Of a stretch of DNA of 64,000 nt, positions 11,616 to 23,316 are shown in pieces. The stretch lies in assembly GCA_965112735.1 (NCBI GenBank), contig OZ218963.1, positions 2,356,001 through 2,420,000 of the forward strand, given 5' to 3'. A model generated the notes under the pieces. It was not told the DNA's origin, ran no database searches, and saw only the letters and a list, made by a program, of their open reading frames with translations. The position numbers and the translations under genes were made by a program. Within the stretch, counting starts at the first letter, position 1. The number at the start of each line of letters is the position of its first letter. This DNA is from Phaeosaccion multiseriatum. Taxonomy: Eukaryota > Protista > Ochrophyta, other classes.

Positions 11616-13324
11616 TGTAAAGAGTCTCGTTGCTCTCCACCTAGGATAGGAGTAGCCGCATGGACAAGGTAATAGCAACCCCAAAGCCAGCCTGGCAGCC
11701 AGCCTTGTCTCTATTAGCTTTATCCGTGAGCCATCCTAAACGACCAACCTGCTGGGAGGTGAGTGAGAAACGGGCCACGCACCGTTTCTCACCGTATTTG
11801 CCTGGGCCTGGGCCATTGACATAATACTGACTTTCAACATCCCCGTCAGCCATCCCTGCACTTCTAACATCCCCCTGAACTAAACTATTGCGTGTCCCCA
11901 CGCAACTCAAAGCGGGTTCGCCTACTAAAGCTCGACTTGTAGCAAAAGCCTCCATGTTGCTTCCAATAAAAACGGATGAGAAATATGCAAAACTCACCCA
12001 GGTGTGTGCGACCGCTCCTCCAACACACACCCTCCTGTATTGGTGAGAAAACCCCACGACTCAAACTCACCCACACAGGCTCACGGATGAGAACATCCCA
12101 TGACTCAAACTCACCCGCGCAATTCTCTATCTCCACTCCTACTCGCCACCAGCGTTGCCAAAGCCTCGTTGCGCACCACTAATGCTGACTGCTCAAGTGT
12201 TTACTGGTGTGCCTACAAGGCACCCAGACAGTCCCTAAAGCAGCCTTGCGAGTATCCTTCTCTGTCTCCCGCCAAGCTCCGTGCAACAGCAACAGCCGCG
12301 CTGCTGCCACACTCGAAAGCCGTGCCCGCTGTAGGGCACCGCTCTCGGCAATTCTCTATCTCCACGGCCCACCAAGCTCCAGCAGCAATTTCCGTGCAAC
12401 AGCAACATCCGTGCTGCTGCCACACTCGAAAGCCATGCCCGCTGACTAAGGCACCACTCCCGGCAATTCTCTATCTCCACGGCCCACCAAGCTCCAGCAG
12501 CAATTTCCGTGCAACAGCAACATCCGTGCTGCTGCCACACTCGAAAGCCGTGCCCGCTGTAAGGCACCGCTCCCGGCAATTCTCTATCTCCACGGCCCAC
12601 CAAGCTCCAGCAGCAATTTCCGTGTAACAGCAACATCCGTGCTGCTGCCACACTCGAAAGCCATGCCCGCTGTAAGGCACCGCTCCCGGCAATTCTCTAT
12701 CTCCACGGCCCACCAAGCTCCAGCAGCAATTTCCGTGTAACAGCAACATCCGTGCTGCTGCCACACTCGAAAGCCGTGCCCGCTGTAAGGCACCGCTCCC
12801 GGCAATTCTCTATCTCCACGGCCCACCAAGCTCCAGCAGCAATTTCCGTGTAACAGCAACATCCGTGCTGCTGCCACACTCGAAAGCCGTGCCCGCTGTA
12901 AGGCACCGCTCCCGGCAATTCTCCATCTCCACTGCCCACCAAGCTCCAGCAGCAATTTCCGTGTAACAGCAACATCCGTACTGCTGCCACACTCGAAAGC
13001 CATGCCCGCTGTAAGGCACCGCTCCCGGCAAACTCAAAGCTACCGAGCTGCTGCCTGAGCCTCTTGGCCAAGGTCAGCTGCCTTCGGGATTCTTTGGGGT
13101 TGTGAAGAGTCACGTTGCTCTCCACCTAGGATAGGAGTAGCCGCATGGACAAGGTAATAGCAACCCCAAAGCCAGCCTGGCAGCCAGCCTTGTCTCTATT
13201 AGCTTTATCCGTGAGCCATCCTAAACGACCAACCTGCTGGGAGGTGAGTGAGAAACGGGCCACGCACCGTTTCTCACCGTATTTGCCTGGGCCTGGGCCA
13301 TTGACATAATACTGACTTTCAACA
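11616..13324 (-). mobile_element. Non-coding TRIM family 1 (LTRs 11616-11839 and 13101-13324)
   Basis: 224-bp direct repeats TG...CA; PPT GGGGA; no coding domains; flanks do not match. Confidence 0.9.
12280..13031. repeat. ~113-bp tandem repeat (~6.5 copies) inside the TRIM
   Basis: Unit ...CAATTCTCTATCTCCACGGCCCACCAAGCTCCAGCAGC... recurs at 12350, 12465, 12578 etc.; fewer copies at 17833-18245. Confidence 0.9.
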
Positions 13325-13582
13325 GGAGTCCTTTCGTTAGCCATGCCAGGCGCGGAAGAAGAAGGCGTTGAAAAGGCGGACGCAGCGGCGCCCGTCAGTG
13401 CGAGTTCCGCGATAGAAGGAGACGCACAGCAGCAGATGGCTGAAATGATGGAAAAGATGATAGCGGCAGCGTTGGCCAAACACATCACACAGCAAGGAGT
13501 GCCCACGGACAGCGGCGGGGCGGGGGATGGGTGCCCGGGGATCCCTGGGCCGGGATCCCATGGGCCGGCACAAAGCTCTAGA

Positions 13583-13676
13583 TAGAAGACGTCCTCTTTC
13601 TAGACTGTCAGCTATCCACTGAAATTTCACGTAGGGTAGGGTACCTAACAGTGTAGCAAAAGGACGTCTTCTAACA
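13583..13676. mobile_element. Hairpin family E (A/B-related), left end clipped
   Basis: TAGAAGACGTCCT...AAAAGGACGTCTTCTAACA with CTATCCACTGAAATTTCAC loop. Confidence 0.7.
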
Positions 13677-15161
13677 ACGTGGGGTACCTCGACGTGTTTG
13701 AGCCGCTTGGTCCAGTTGACGCTTCAGCAGCGCTGTGGAGAGGATCGGCTGATACATGCTATCCAAAGGGAACCAGGTGGCCCCACCTTCAGCCACAGCG
13801 AGAAGCGGGGAAATTCGCTCGTAAGCGTATTTTCCACCTGAGACGTTAATGAGCTTGAGGCCACAAGACAATAGGCCCGCCATATGTCCGAATGAGCTGG
13901 CACCGGTGGCCAGTACATCGGCTCTACTCATACACTTGATAGCGTCGCCTTCATTCCCATTTGCGTGGAGCACCACTTGAATGTCCGAGCTGTTGCTGCT
14001 CTGCGCTACATAGTAGCTTCGGAGCCTGTCGCCGAAGCCGCAAATACCGCCTTTCTCCCTCTCTGGGCACTCCTCTGGAAGCTGTGCTTCGTGACAAGCG
14101 CGAACCTCATCAGGGCGAATGGAAAGATGGGGAAAGTCCTTAAACGTATTTGTCTCCATGTCCGGGCAAGTCTCAGTTTCGGTAAAGACGTGAAACGAAG
14201 GTGGTGAATATCCCAGCTCGGATATCACCGACGCAATATGCTGCATAAGGTCATGCATGCTTCCCCAAAGCCTCATGCTACCAGTTCCCTTGTCCCCCAT
14301 TCGAAGATGAAACGCAACAGCCAAGGCGGACCCCGTCTCGTCATAGCCACACTCAGGTACCGTGTCGTACCCAGCTCGAGGGAAAACGTTGAAAGCCTCG
14401 CGTATGCGGCGTAGGCCTCTGCCGTACGACGAAGGCAATGGATGTTCCGGGAGCTGCCGCCACGGCTGCCCTTGTAGAAGTATCGCCGCGGCATGATTAG
14501 AATAGAGACTAAGCCGAGTCACGGTGTCATTTTTGTGTTGCTCGAGCATCTCCAGAATCTTAGCATCGCTACTTTCGCTACCTGGGGAAATCACAGAAGG
14601 TGGGGGCCCATCTCCCCCCAGAGGGATGTCGCTGGTGTAGTTGCCCAGATTGAGAAATTGCGCAACGTCAAGATCAGCGCATCGATACTTGTCGGCAAGC
14701 TCGACAAGGCCATTTGTTGTTGCTTTGTGACAATAAAGAGTGCCGTTTCGCCATGCTCCGCGGTGGCTCGGCAAGGCATCCCATGCGGCGAGGTCGAGCG
14801 AGGAATCCGTTGCAGGCGTCTCCTTCATGGGGGGAGCTTCCATCGTACAACCCAGGCCTTCTGCCACCAAAAAAGCCCACCACACTCTCATGACCTCTCC
14901 GCCTAAGCCATCGAAGTTTACTTGAACGCGAACGGTGCAAGGAGTTTGGCGGAGCTGCCATGCATTCATCAGATTCACGTTGGAGCCATTAAACCAGATC
15001 GGATCAAGACTGCTAGCCCACGCCTCCACTGCGCGGACGATTTCTTGTTGGTCCCACTCTAGCCCTCCAGTCGAATCTGCTGCTAGTGCTCCTCTTCCGG
15101 CCGAGAACAGCAGCAAAAGGCAAAGCGCTAAGCAGAGGACAGAGACAAGGTGAGAATTCAT
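13671..15161 (-). CDS. Secretory-pathway protein with fucosyltransferase-like (GT11/GT23/GT68-type GT-B) C-terminal domain
   Basis: Signal peptide; AVAFHLRMGD, FHVFTE and DAIKCMSRADVLATGASSFGHMAGLL resemble the HxRxxD / xxDD / SSF motifs of alpha-1,2-, alpha-1,6- and O-fucosyltransferases; stop codon supplied by hairpin E. Confidence 0.65.
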   Translation of the reverse strand: MNSHLVSVLCLALCLLLLFSAGRGALAADSTGGLEWDQQEIVRAVEAWASSLDPIWFNGSNVNLMNAWQLRQTPCTVRVQVNFDGLGGEVMRVWWAFLVAEGLGCTMEAPPMKETPATDSSLDLAAWDALPSHRGAWRNGTLYCHKATTNGLVELADKYRCADLDVAQFLNLGNYTSDIPLGGDGPPPSVISPGSESSDAKILEMLEQHKNDTVTRLSLYSNHAAAILLQGQPWRQLPEHPLPSSYGRGLRRIREAFNVFPRAGYDTVPECGYDETGSALAVAFHLRMGDKGTGSMRLWGSMHDLMQHIASVISELGYSPPSFHVFTETETCPDMETNTFKDFPHLSIRPDEVRACHEAQLPEECPEREKGGICGFGDRLRSYYVAQSSNSSDIQVVLHANGNEGDAIKCMSRADVLATGASSFGHMAGLLSCGLKLINVSGGKYAYERISPLLAVAEGGATWFPLDSMYQPILSTALLKRQLDQAAQTRRGTPRC

Positions 15162-15729
15162 TCCTATGATACTAGATAATCCAGACGTCGCATTTCCCTG
15201 TCTTAGGAACTGAAATGTTCTCCCCAGTGTAAATTAGTTATATCAAACCGCGAAAAGTGGTGTGCTAAAGCTACGAACAGTACAGACAGCTCAGGGGTTT
15301 GGGCTAATATATGCCGCGTCTGTTGCGACGTCGGTGCCCGTATTAATAGTCTCTTTACTGCCCGCTGCCTCAAGCGTGATCTCTTGTCTTGTACTTGCTT
15401 GGCAGTCTACAGGTCCCTTCGTTGCCACCTGGCACTTTCGGGACTCTCAGGTACGTTGAGGCGGGAACTCTCTTTAGGACCGTTCTTATTTCTATAACCC
15501 CAGAACGTCCACCCGGAAACCCCAGGCGAGATGGTCCCTCATCACCTTATCACAGTGGGTTTTAGAGGGCATCGACTTTCGGGCAAAATAATTTTAAGAC
15601 CCACTACAAGAAGAGCGTGGTAGGGGAGGTTCTCCCATAACTGCGCTGGGATGGTATTTCTTGTGGAGCCGTATGCTTTACTTAATACAGAGACAGACAC
15701 TGGAGGGAGGAAGAACCCAAGGCGCGTGT

Positions 15730-17334
15730 TGTGGAGGTATGCTCACAAATGTCGTCAGTTCATAGTTTCAGTTTCTTCGTTCAGTTTCAGTTTCCTTTTA
15801 GTTCTTTCCATCTCCTAAAATATTACTTCATCTCTCGTTGTTACGATATAAGGCATCCCAATATGCCTTCAGTATTATCCAAACGTTACGATATAAGGCA
15901 TCCCAATATGCCTTCAGTATTATCCAAACGTTTGGATAATACTGAAGGCATATTGGGATGCCTTATATCGTAACACTCGTCCTTTCGTTTTCTCACGAGT
16001 GCTCCACCTCTGGTGGATAGCGACTGACCTCCTGCTATGTGCAGGTAGGGTCTATTGCTATTGGTAGTCATCCTTTCAGTGCACGACTCCACAATAACTA
16101 GTTATTACCGGATAGTACATTTCATACACTTTCCAATTTCAGCGGCGACCAATGTCCGTCTCGCCACTACAACACCCGGTGGTAGGCTGTACACCACCCG
16201 CGGTAGGCTCTTCCAGCATCGAGGTCTACATCCAGCCTTTTTTGGCCGATCCCAGTCAGAGAGCGGCCGCAGTGGATCGATGCCAGCAGCAGATTGTGCA
16301 GCTCTTTTCGGCGCTGGATAAATGTGGGCAGCTCGCCGTGGTCTACAACGAGAGTGCGGACGAATGGGTAGAAGGCACAGCTTCTGCAATCAGCGGAGGC
16401 CTCGCTGCCGGCCTCAAGCCCCAACATGTTTTCCTACAAGCGGCGTACTCCACCTTTGGACCTCATTCTTCACACCTTCCAGGGCCCTCTCTTGGTGCCC
16501 AAGATCAGCTATGCCATCACGGATAACGACATGACCAAGTTGGTTACCGTGGGCCGCGCCACCCTGAAGGAGCTCGGCATTAATATCCAAGAGGCCCTTG
16601 GTAAGGCAGCAGCGACGCAGCACATCAAAGACGGCGCCACCGGCCCTCCGCGTCAGGCGTCGGAACGTACTGTCACCTTTCTCCGTGACCGTTACTCTCC
16701 TCACTTCTAATCTTCTTCTGTTTCCCTCGGACTCTTTCCTATACCTTCTGAGTACCAATGTGCCCTGAAATAATTCTCCCTACCCTCTGGTGTTTCTAGA
16801 CTGTTTGTGAGGCCGCTTTTTCCCTCCCCCTTGTGTGAGGCAGCTGTTCCCTCCATCTGTTCTGTTCCCAAGTCGGTGTAGCTAGGGCTAATTCTCTCTA
16901 CTCTCTGGTGTTTCTGGACTGTTTGTGTGGCCGCTTTTTCCCTCCCCCTTGTGTGAGGCAGCTTTTCCCTCCATCTGTTCTGTTCCCAAGTCGGTGTAGC
17001 CAGTCTGTGTGGATTTCCCTCTTTTCCTTACTTCCTTTCCTCCTATTTGTGTTCATCTCTTTCTCTTTCCTTATCATGTCTGCGTATGCACACATGCTTT
17101 CAAAGGGGGGACTGTGGAGGTATGCTCACAAATGTCGTCAGTTCATAGTTTCAGTTTCTTCGTTCAGTTTCAGTTTCCTTTTAGTTCTTTCCATCTCCTA
17201 AAATATTACTTCATCTCTCGTCCTTTCGTTTTCTCACGAGTGCTCCACCTCTGGTGGATAGCGACTGACCTCCTGCTATGTGCAGGTAGGGTCTATTGCT
17301 ATTGGTAGTCATCCTTTCAGTGCACGACTCCACA
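15730..17334 (+). mobile_element. Deleted gypsy derivative (TRIM-like), LTRs 15730-16093 and 17113-17334
   Basis: 222-bp LTRs TGTGGAG...CTCCACA; PPT AAAGGGGGGAC; TSD GTGT; residual protease tail (VGRATLKELGINI). Confidence 0.9.
15839..15975. mobile_element. Family-D hairpin (left arm duplicated) in a 5' LTR
   Basis: TGTTACGATATAAGG...CCTTATATCGTAACA; 5-bp TSD CTCGT; empty site in the sister LTR at ~17217. Confidence 0.92.
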
Positions 17335-18378
17335 GTGTGCACATTTATTACATTTAATTCTAATTCAAATAACTACTTCGAAGTAATTACATATGGAAAT
17401 GAAAATGGCGCTGGCCTGCTGGGCCCAGGTTAGGGCCAGACCCACCCCGCCGTGATGGCAGCTGGAGGGGTGAGGCAGCATCACCCCACGGTTCGTGCTC
17501 AAAAATGTTAGAAGTGCAGAGATGGCTGACGGGGATGTTGAAAGTCAGTATTATGTCAATGGCCCAGGCCCAGGCAAATACGGTGAGAAACGGTGCGTGG
17601 CCCGTTTCTCACTCACCTCCCAGCAGGTTGGTCGTTTAGGATGGCTCACGGATAAAGCTAATAGAGACAAGGCTGGCTGCCAGGTTGGCTTTGGGGTTGC
17701 TATTACCTTATCCATGCGGCTACTCCTATCCTAGGTGGAGAGCAACGTGACTCTTTACAACAACCCCAAAGAATCCCGAAGGCAGCTGACCTTGGCCAAG
17801 AGGCTCAGGCAGCAGCTCGGTAGCTTTGAGTTTGCCGGGAGCGGTGCCTTACAGCGGGCACGGCTTTCGAGTGTGGCAGCAGCACGGATGTTGCTGTTAC
17901 ACGGAAATTGCTGCTGGAGCTTGGTGGGCCGTGGAGATAGAGAATTGCCGGGAGCAGTGCCTCACAGCGGGCACGGCTTTCGAGTGTGGCAGCAGCACGG
18001 GTGTTGCTGTGGCACGGAAATTGCTGCTGGAGCTTGGTGGGCGGAGGAGACAGAGAACTGCCGGGAGTGGTGCCTTAGACAGCGGGCATGGCTTTCGAGT
18101 GTGGCAGCAGCACGGATGTTGCTGTTACACGGAAATTGCTGCTGGAGCTTGGTGGGCCGTGGAGATAGAGAATTGCCGGGAGTGGTGCCTTAGACAGCGG
18201 GCACGGCTTTCGAGTGTGGCAGCAGCGCGGCTGTTGCTGTTGCACGGAGCTTGGCGGGAGACAGAGAAGGATACTCGCAAGGCTGCTTTAGGGACTGTCT
18301 GGGTGCCTTGTAGGCACACCAGTAAACACTTGAGCAGTCAGCATTAGTGGTGCGCAACGAGGCTTTGGCAACGCTGGT

Positions 18379-20923
18379 TGTAAGGCATCCTTTTGCTAGG
18401 CTGGCAGCTATCCACTGAATATTCACGGGGGTAGCTGCCAGCCTAGCAAAAGGATGCCTACTTACATGCCTGTCAGTTAAGGTCGATCCTTCCCCCCCCT
18501 CCGAAAACTCCTCCGAAAACCTTGGGGGGGTAACTACCTAGGGGAAAGGCGCACTTTTATAGTGTCGACCTGTCCGTGGATCGATTTTTTGGGTCCGTGG
18601 AGCGATTTTTTTTGGTCCGTGGAGCGACTTTTTTCCTATAATTTTCTGCTCACCCCCCCCCTTCCCCCTCCTCTAAGAAGGTCAACGCTGCTTAAATAAC
18701 CACAACTGCTACATTCCAGCAGTAGTAATGGCTTAGTGAAGGATTTCTCATGGCAGGAACGTGGCAGGGCTGGTAGTAGCAGCAGCAGTCAAGCAAAGAG
18801 AGGAACAAATCAAACATTTCAAACCATGACACCACCAGCAGCAGCAGAGACAAATGGAGGAGAATGAAGAGGCCTTAGTGGGGCAGCACAAAAGGATGGA
18901 ACAGCACCACCTGTGTGACAGTCCTGAAGAGATTTCTGGCGCACAGGGCTCTGAGAATACGAGTGGAAAGGCCGCAGGAGCGCACGACGACGATGACAGT
19001 GATTGGGACGACGAGACTTGGACGCAAGCCGTTGCTCTGGCAGATGAAGCCGCTGCGGCGGTACAACCAGCGACCGCTTCGAAACCGGGCACTCAAGCGG
19101 CAGTGGAGACTGAGCTTGCGACAATTGCCGCAGCACAGGAGGAGACGCGGTGAAACAATTGCAGACAGCTATGCAGAGATTGAATATCGAGAAGGCGGCT
19201 GTAGAAGATGCATACGAAGTTCGAGGAGGACGAGGCCGGCCCCTGAAGGGAATAAGCGAGAAGCTGCGGTTGAATGGTGCAGCTATGAAAGGGATTGATG
19301 AGAATTTGCTTCTCCCAGCGGAGAAGGAAGAGAAGCGAGAAAGAGGGCTGTGACTTGTCTTCGAGCGCAGACAGGGTAGATGGTGCAAGTGGTGACCACT
19401 TCGTAGGGTTTTCTTCGCCGCCCCTTGGTCGCACGTCTAAGCGGTACGTTCTCAATGATCTCCTCTTCCTTCTTGATGCCTGGCTGCTCTTGTCCACGCC
19501 CCCCGCCCACTCTGGGCCGCCCTTTCTGAACATACCTTAACACACTTATTACCCCTGTTGTTCTCGCCCCCTTTTTACATCTTTTTTTGTGCTAGCAGGG
19601 GTGAGAAAGACGAGGATGAGGACGAGGAGGATGGAAATACGGGCGACAAGGGGGGGCGGTGGTAGTGGGGGAGGGTTTGGGAAGAATAGACCACCAGCGC
19701 AGACTGAGTTCACTCGAGGCGGCAAGGGATCCAAAGGAAGGGTTGCCTACCTGGCAAACTCCCTACTACAGGGCCTCGACGCCAAGCCGCCAGTCTGAAG
19801 TGGGAGGGCATGCCCAACGTGACGTGTTTGTCTGGCCCCCCCACCTCTTCCACAACCTTGGAGAGGACCACCAGCAGCCTCTTTGCGCATGGGATGCATC
19901 GTCAGAGTGTGTACAAGCTTATGGGTGGACGTCGCCGCAGCGGGCTGTGTCTGTCACCAGCCTCGAGCAGGAGGAGGAGGAGGAGGAGGAGGAGGGGAGG
20001 GAGGGAAGAGGGGGAGGAGGAGGAGGAGGAGGACCATCATCATCAGCAGCAAGAGAATCACAAGGGGGAGGAGGGGGGGGGGGGGGAAGGAGGAGGAGAA
20101 TCAGCTGTGGGAGGAGGAGGAGGAGGAGGAGGAGGAGGAGGAGTAGGAGTAGGAGTAGCAGGTGGTGCTGGTGCTGGAGGAGACGGGGGGGGGGGGCGGG
20201 GGAGGAGGAGGAAGAGTTGCAGGTGCTGCTGAGGCTGGAGAAGGAGGGGGGGGAAGGAGGAGGACGAGGAGGGGGAGGAGCAGCAGCAGCAGCAGCCGCC
20301 ACAGCACTGTGGCCGGCACGGAGGATCAGGGGCAGGAGCATCTGTAGCGCCTGCAGAGGCTGCTGCTGCAGAGGGTGGTGTCGCTTTCGGGGGAGGTGAG
20401 AGTACCCACGAGAGGCAGCTATGGAAGAGGAGGGAGGCCGCGAAAAGGAGAAGAAGAGAGGCAGGCGAGGAGGGAAAGGAGAAGGCGAGGCTCCAGAAAA
20501 AGGCAGCGCGGGAAAGGGAAAGATTACAGCAGGATAAGGACCGGCCAGAGGGTGATTTACCCGTTTCCGTGTGCATAGTATTGTATATACAACACTTAGG
20601 TCTTCTACAGTTGCCTCTACTCTGGGGAGGAGAAGGAGAGAGAGGAGTGTCGCCGCAGGCGGGGAAAATTTCTAATTCCTTTTTTTTCTCCTTTTTTGGG
20701 CCGGCGGTCGACGGTATAAAAGTGCGCCGATTTCTCCCACACCGAGCCTGTTACCTCGAATTTCAGTGTCATGCCCAACTTTCGCCCTCGGAAATTTTCT
20801 CACCATCCTCAGAATCGAACCCCGTCTGGGCATGTAAGAAGGCATCCTTTTGCTAGGATGGCAGCTATCCACTGAATATTCACGGGGGTAGCTGCCAGCC
20901 TAGCAAAAGGATGCCTTCTTACA
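18379..20923. mobile_element. Hairpin-ended element family B (H-S-H) enlarged by a nested TIR element
   Basis: H 18379-18466 and 20833-20923; TSD TGGT; empty site at ~12145. Confidence 0.9.
18548..20728. mobile_element. Non-autonomous TIR DNA element (~2.2 kb)
   Basis: TIR GGCGCACTTTTATAnnGTCGACC at both ends; splits the B spacer; no clean TSD; only low-complexity ORFs. Confidence 0.65.
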
Positions 20924-21459
20924 TGGTGGCGAGTAGGAGTGGAGATAGAGAATTGCGCGGGTGAGTTTGAGTCATGGGATGTTCTCATCCGTGAGCCTGT
21001 GTGGGTGAGTTTGAGTCGTGGGGTTTTCTCACCAATACAGGAGGGTGTGTGTTGGAGGAGCGGTCGCACACACCTGGGTGAGTTTTGCATATTTCTCATC
21101 CGTTTTTATTGGAAGCAACATGGAGGCTTCTGCTACAAGTCGAGCTTTAGTAGGCGAACCCGCTTTGAGTTGCGTGGGGACACGCAATAGTTTAGTTCAG
21201 GGGGATGTTAGAAGTGCAGAGATGGCTGACGGGGATGTTGAAAGTCAGTATTATGTCAATGGCCCAGGCCCAGGCAAATACGGTGAGAAACGGTGCGTGG
21301 CCCGTTTCTCACTCACCTCCCAGCAGGTTGGTCGTTTAGAATGGCTCACGGATAAAGCTAATAGAGACAAGGCTGGCTGCCAGGCTGGCTTTGGGGTTGC
21401 TGTTACCTTGTCCATGCGGCTACTCCTATCCTAGGTGGAGAGCAACGTGACTCTTTACA

Positions 21460-21556
21460 TCGTGCGCCAGCCCGCTGCCCCACTTCTCATGTTGCCGCAG
21501 GCGGATCGTGCTTTCCCGTTTAGACCTATGCCCTCTTTTGACATTCACTCCTGGAT
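21460..21556 (-). repeat. Fragment of a second copy of the exonuclease-gypsy pol 3' end
   Basis: Reverse complement of ~53276-53372. Confidence 0.8.
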
Positions 21557-21814
21557 GCAAATGTGGGTTCGAGTCCTACCGGCGGCATGATGGATATTTC
21601 CCGAGGGGGGGAGCCTGTGAAATACCTGAGGGTGGTACCCTGGGAAAAAGAACTGGAAATTGGTATTGGTATGGGGACAGTATTTAGGAGCGAACGTTTC
21701 GGTAGCACCAACCCCCCCGGTGTGAAGGTAGGACTCACAGAGCTCACCTTTTGTTACGATATAAGGCATCCCAATATGCCTTCAGTATTATCCAAACGGC
21801 CTTATATCGTAACA
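21557..21814. mobile_element. Family-D element (putative spacer plus deleted hairpin 21752-21814)
   Basis: GGGTTCGAGTCCTACC ... GGTAGGACTC inner inverted repeat, then TGTTACGAT...ATCGTAACA. Confidence 0.6.
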
Positions 21815-21899
21815 CCTTGCCGCTTGCTTTGGTGAGCAAGGCAGGGGCGGAGTGCCGTCGTTTTTTTCTGCCTCCGCTGCCACCGCCCTGTGACGCCTT

Positions 21900-23316
21900 C
21901 CGCCTCTTGCCTGACCTCGGGTTCTCGAGCTTCTTCAGTTAATGCCATCGTGAGTCCCCTCTGCGCCCCTTTCCTCTTGCTTTCACACAGAGGCACGCAG
22001 CATATCACACACATCCTCGTTGTCTTTCCGTTCTCGCACATGGCGCAACGGCGTAGACGACGCCTCGGGTGTCCGTCACCCACGCCTGGTGGATCACCTG
22101 TGGTCGGTGAGGGGCTGGGACAGTTGCCTTGAAAGTGTCGTCTCCCACCGTACAATGGATCATGCCATCACCGATGCGTGCCTCGTTCGCGAACTTTGCC
22201 GCCACCGCTCTCGCCAAATAGCGCGTGTTCTTCGTCGTCCTTGTCTTGATCTCCAATGACCGTAGTAGCAGTTCCTTCTTGTCACTCTTGTCACTCTCGT
22301 CCTCTTGAGCGACAGGGGCGCGCAGTAGGAGCAGACCGTCAGGGCTTGCGGCGAAGTGTTGCTCATTGCCTGCACATAAGCCCGCACTCCACGACATGAC
22401 TAGAGGGGAGAGTGGGAAGAGGTACAGACACGGCAGCATGACAAGTTTGGGAGCGTATGTGAGGCGTAGCGACGAAAGTAAGACAGGAAGGCGGGAGGGG
22501 AGGGGTGCTGAGGGACACCAGTGGCGACGCGGAGCAAAGGGCGAAGCGGGAAGGGAAGGGGAGGGGGGGGCGGGGCTATGCCAATTTGCTCGTCTCTCAC
22601 CTGACCCCCGGCAGCTTCTCGACGGCCTGGAAGATTGCAGCCTCGTTCACCTGACCCTCCTTCATGCCTCGAGTAGATACAACATGTCCGCCGAACCACA
22701 CGAACACGAGTCCACGCAACGGCGCCCGACGTCCATCAGCAGCCTTGTCTTCTTGTCCACCTCGTCGTGGCCTCCATCCGTGTTGGTGGCGTCGTCGTCC
22801 ACGCCTCCGAGGGGAGGACCGGGCGCGGTGTCGTACGTTTGTTCGACGCCGAGTGTGTCATCGTCGCCGTCCGAGTCATCCGAGTCCGAATCCGATTCGT
22901 CGCTCACGTCGTCGCCATCACCAATGAGCGCTCTTCGAATTCGTCAAGGAGGCTCGGAAGGTCCACCTGACTGTCCCAGGTGGCGCCTGAGGGCTGGCGG
23001 AGGTTAGGGTTTTGCAGGAGGATGTACAGCGAGCAACGTCAGGAGTGAGGAGAGCAGATCAAAAGGAATGGGAAAGGGTGAGAGGGGGTTTATACGCGCG
23101 TCTAACTCCATGCACGCAGTCCAAAGCAGCGCACTGCACACAGCAACTCGAAAAAGGCCCTTGGCCAACACACAGCTACTCACCGTTCCTCTGTCGGCCT
23201 TGAGGGGCGTCACATGCTGCCAGATGAACATGAAGCGCTCCACCGTCATAGGAGTGATGTCCGCTAATTTTGCCAGGTCTTCGAAGGCGGTTTCGGTCGG
23301 AGCCTTTGTGGTGCCT
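21900..23316 (-). pseudogene. Decayed DNA-transposon coding fragments: piggyBac-like pieces plus YqaJ/lambda-exonuclease-like domain
   Basis: MTVERFMFIWQH; Cys-rich RRCAMC...CVICCVPLC; ASPDG...LEIKT...QVIHQAWVT. Confidence 0.45.

Larger units (their letters stand above)
17506..21459 (+). mobile_element. TRIM family 1, long-LTR form (17506-17759 and 21206-21459), interrupted by a family-B element
   Basis: Reverse complement of the 11616-13324 family; both LTRs can be read from TGTTAGAAGTGCAG. Confidence 0.85.

Noticed and set aside
21557-21600. tRNA gene
   Set aside because: Only a T-arm-like segment; no D arm, anticodon arm or acceptor pairing.
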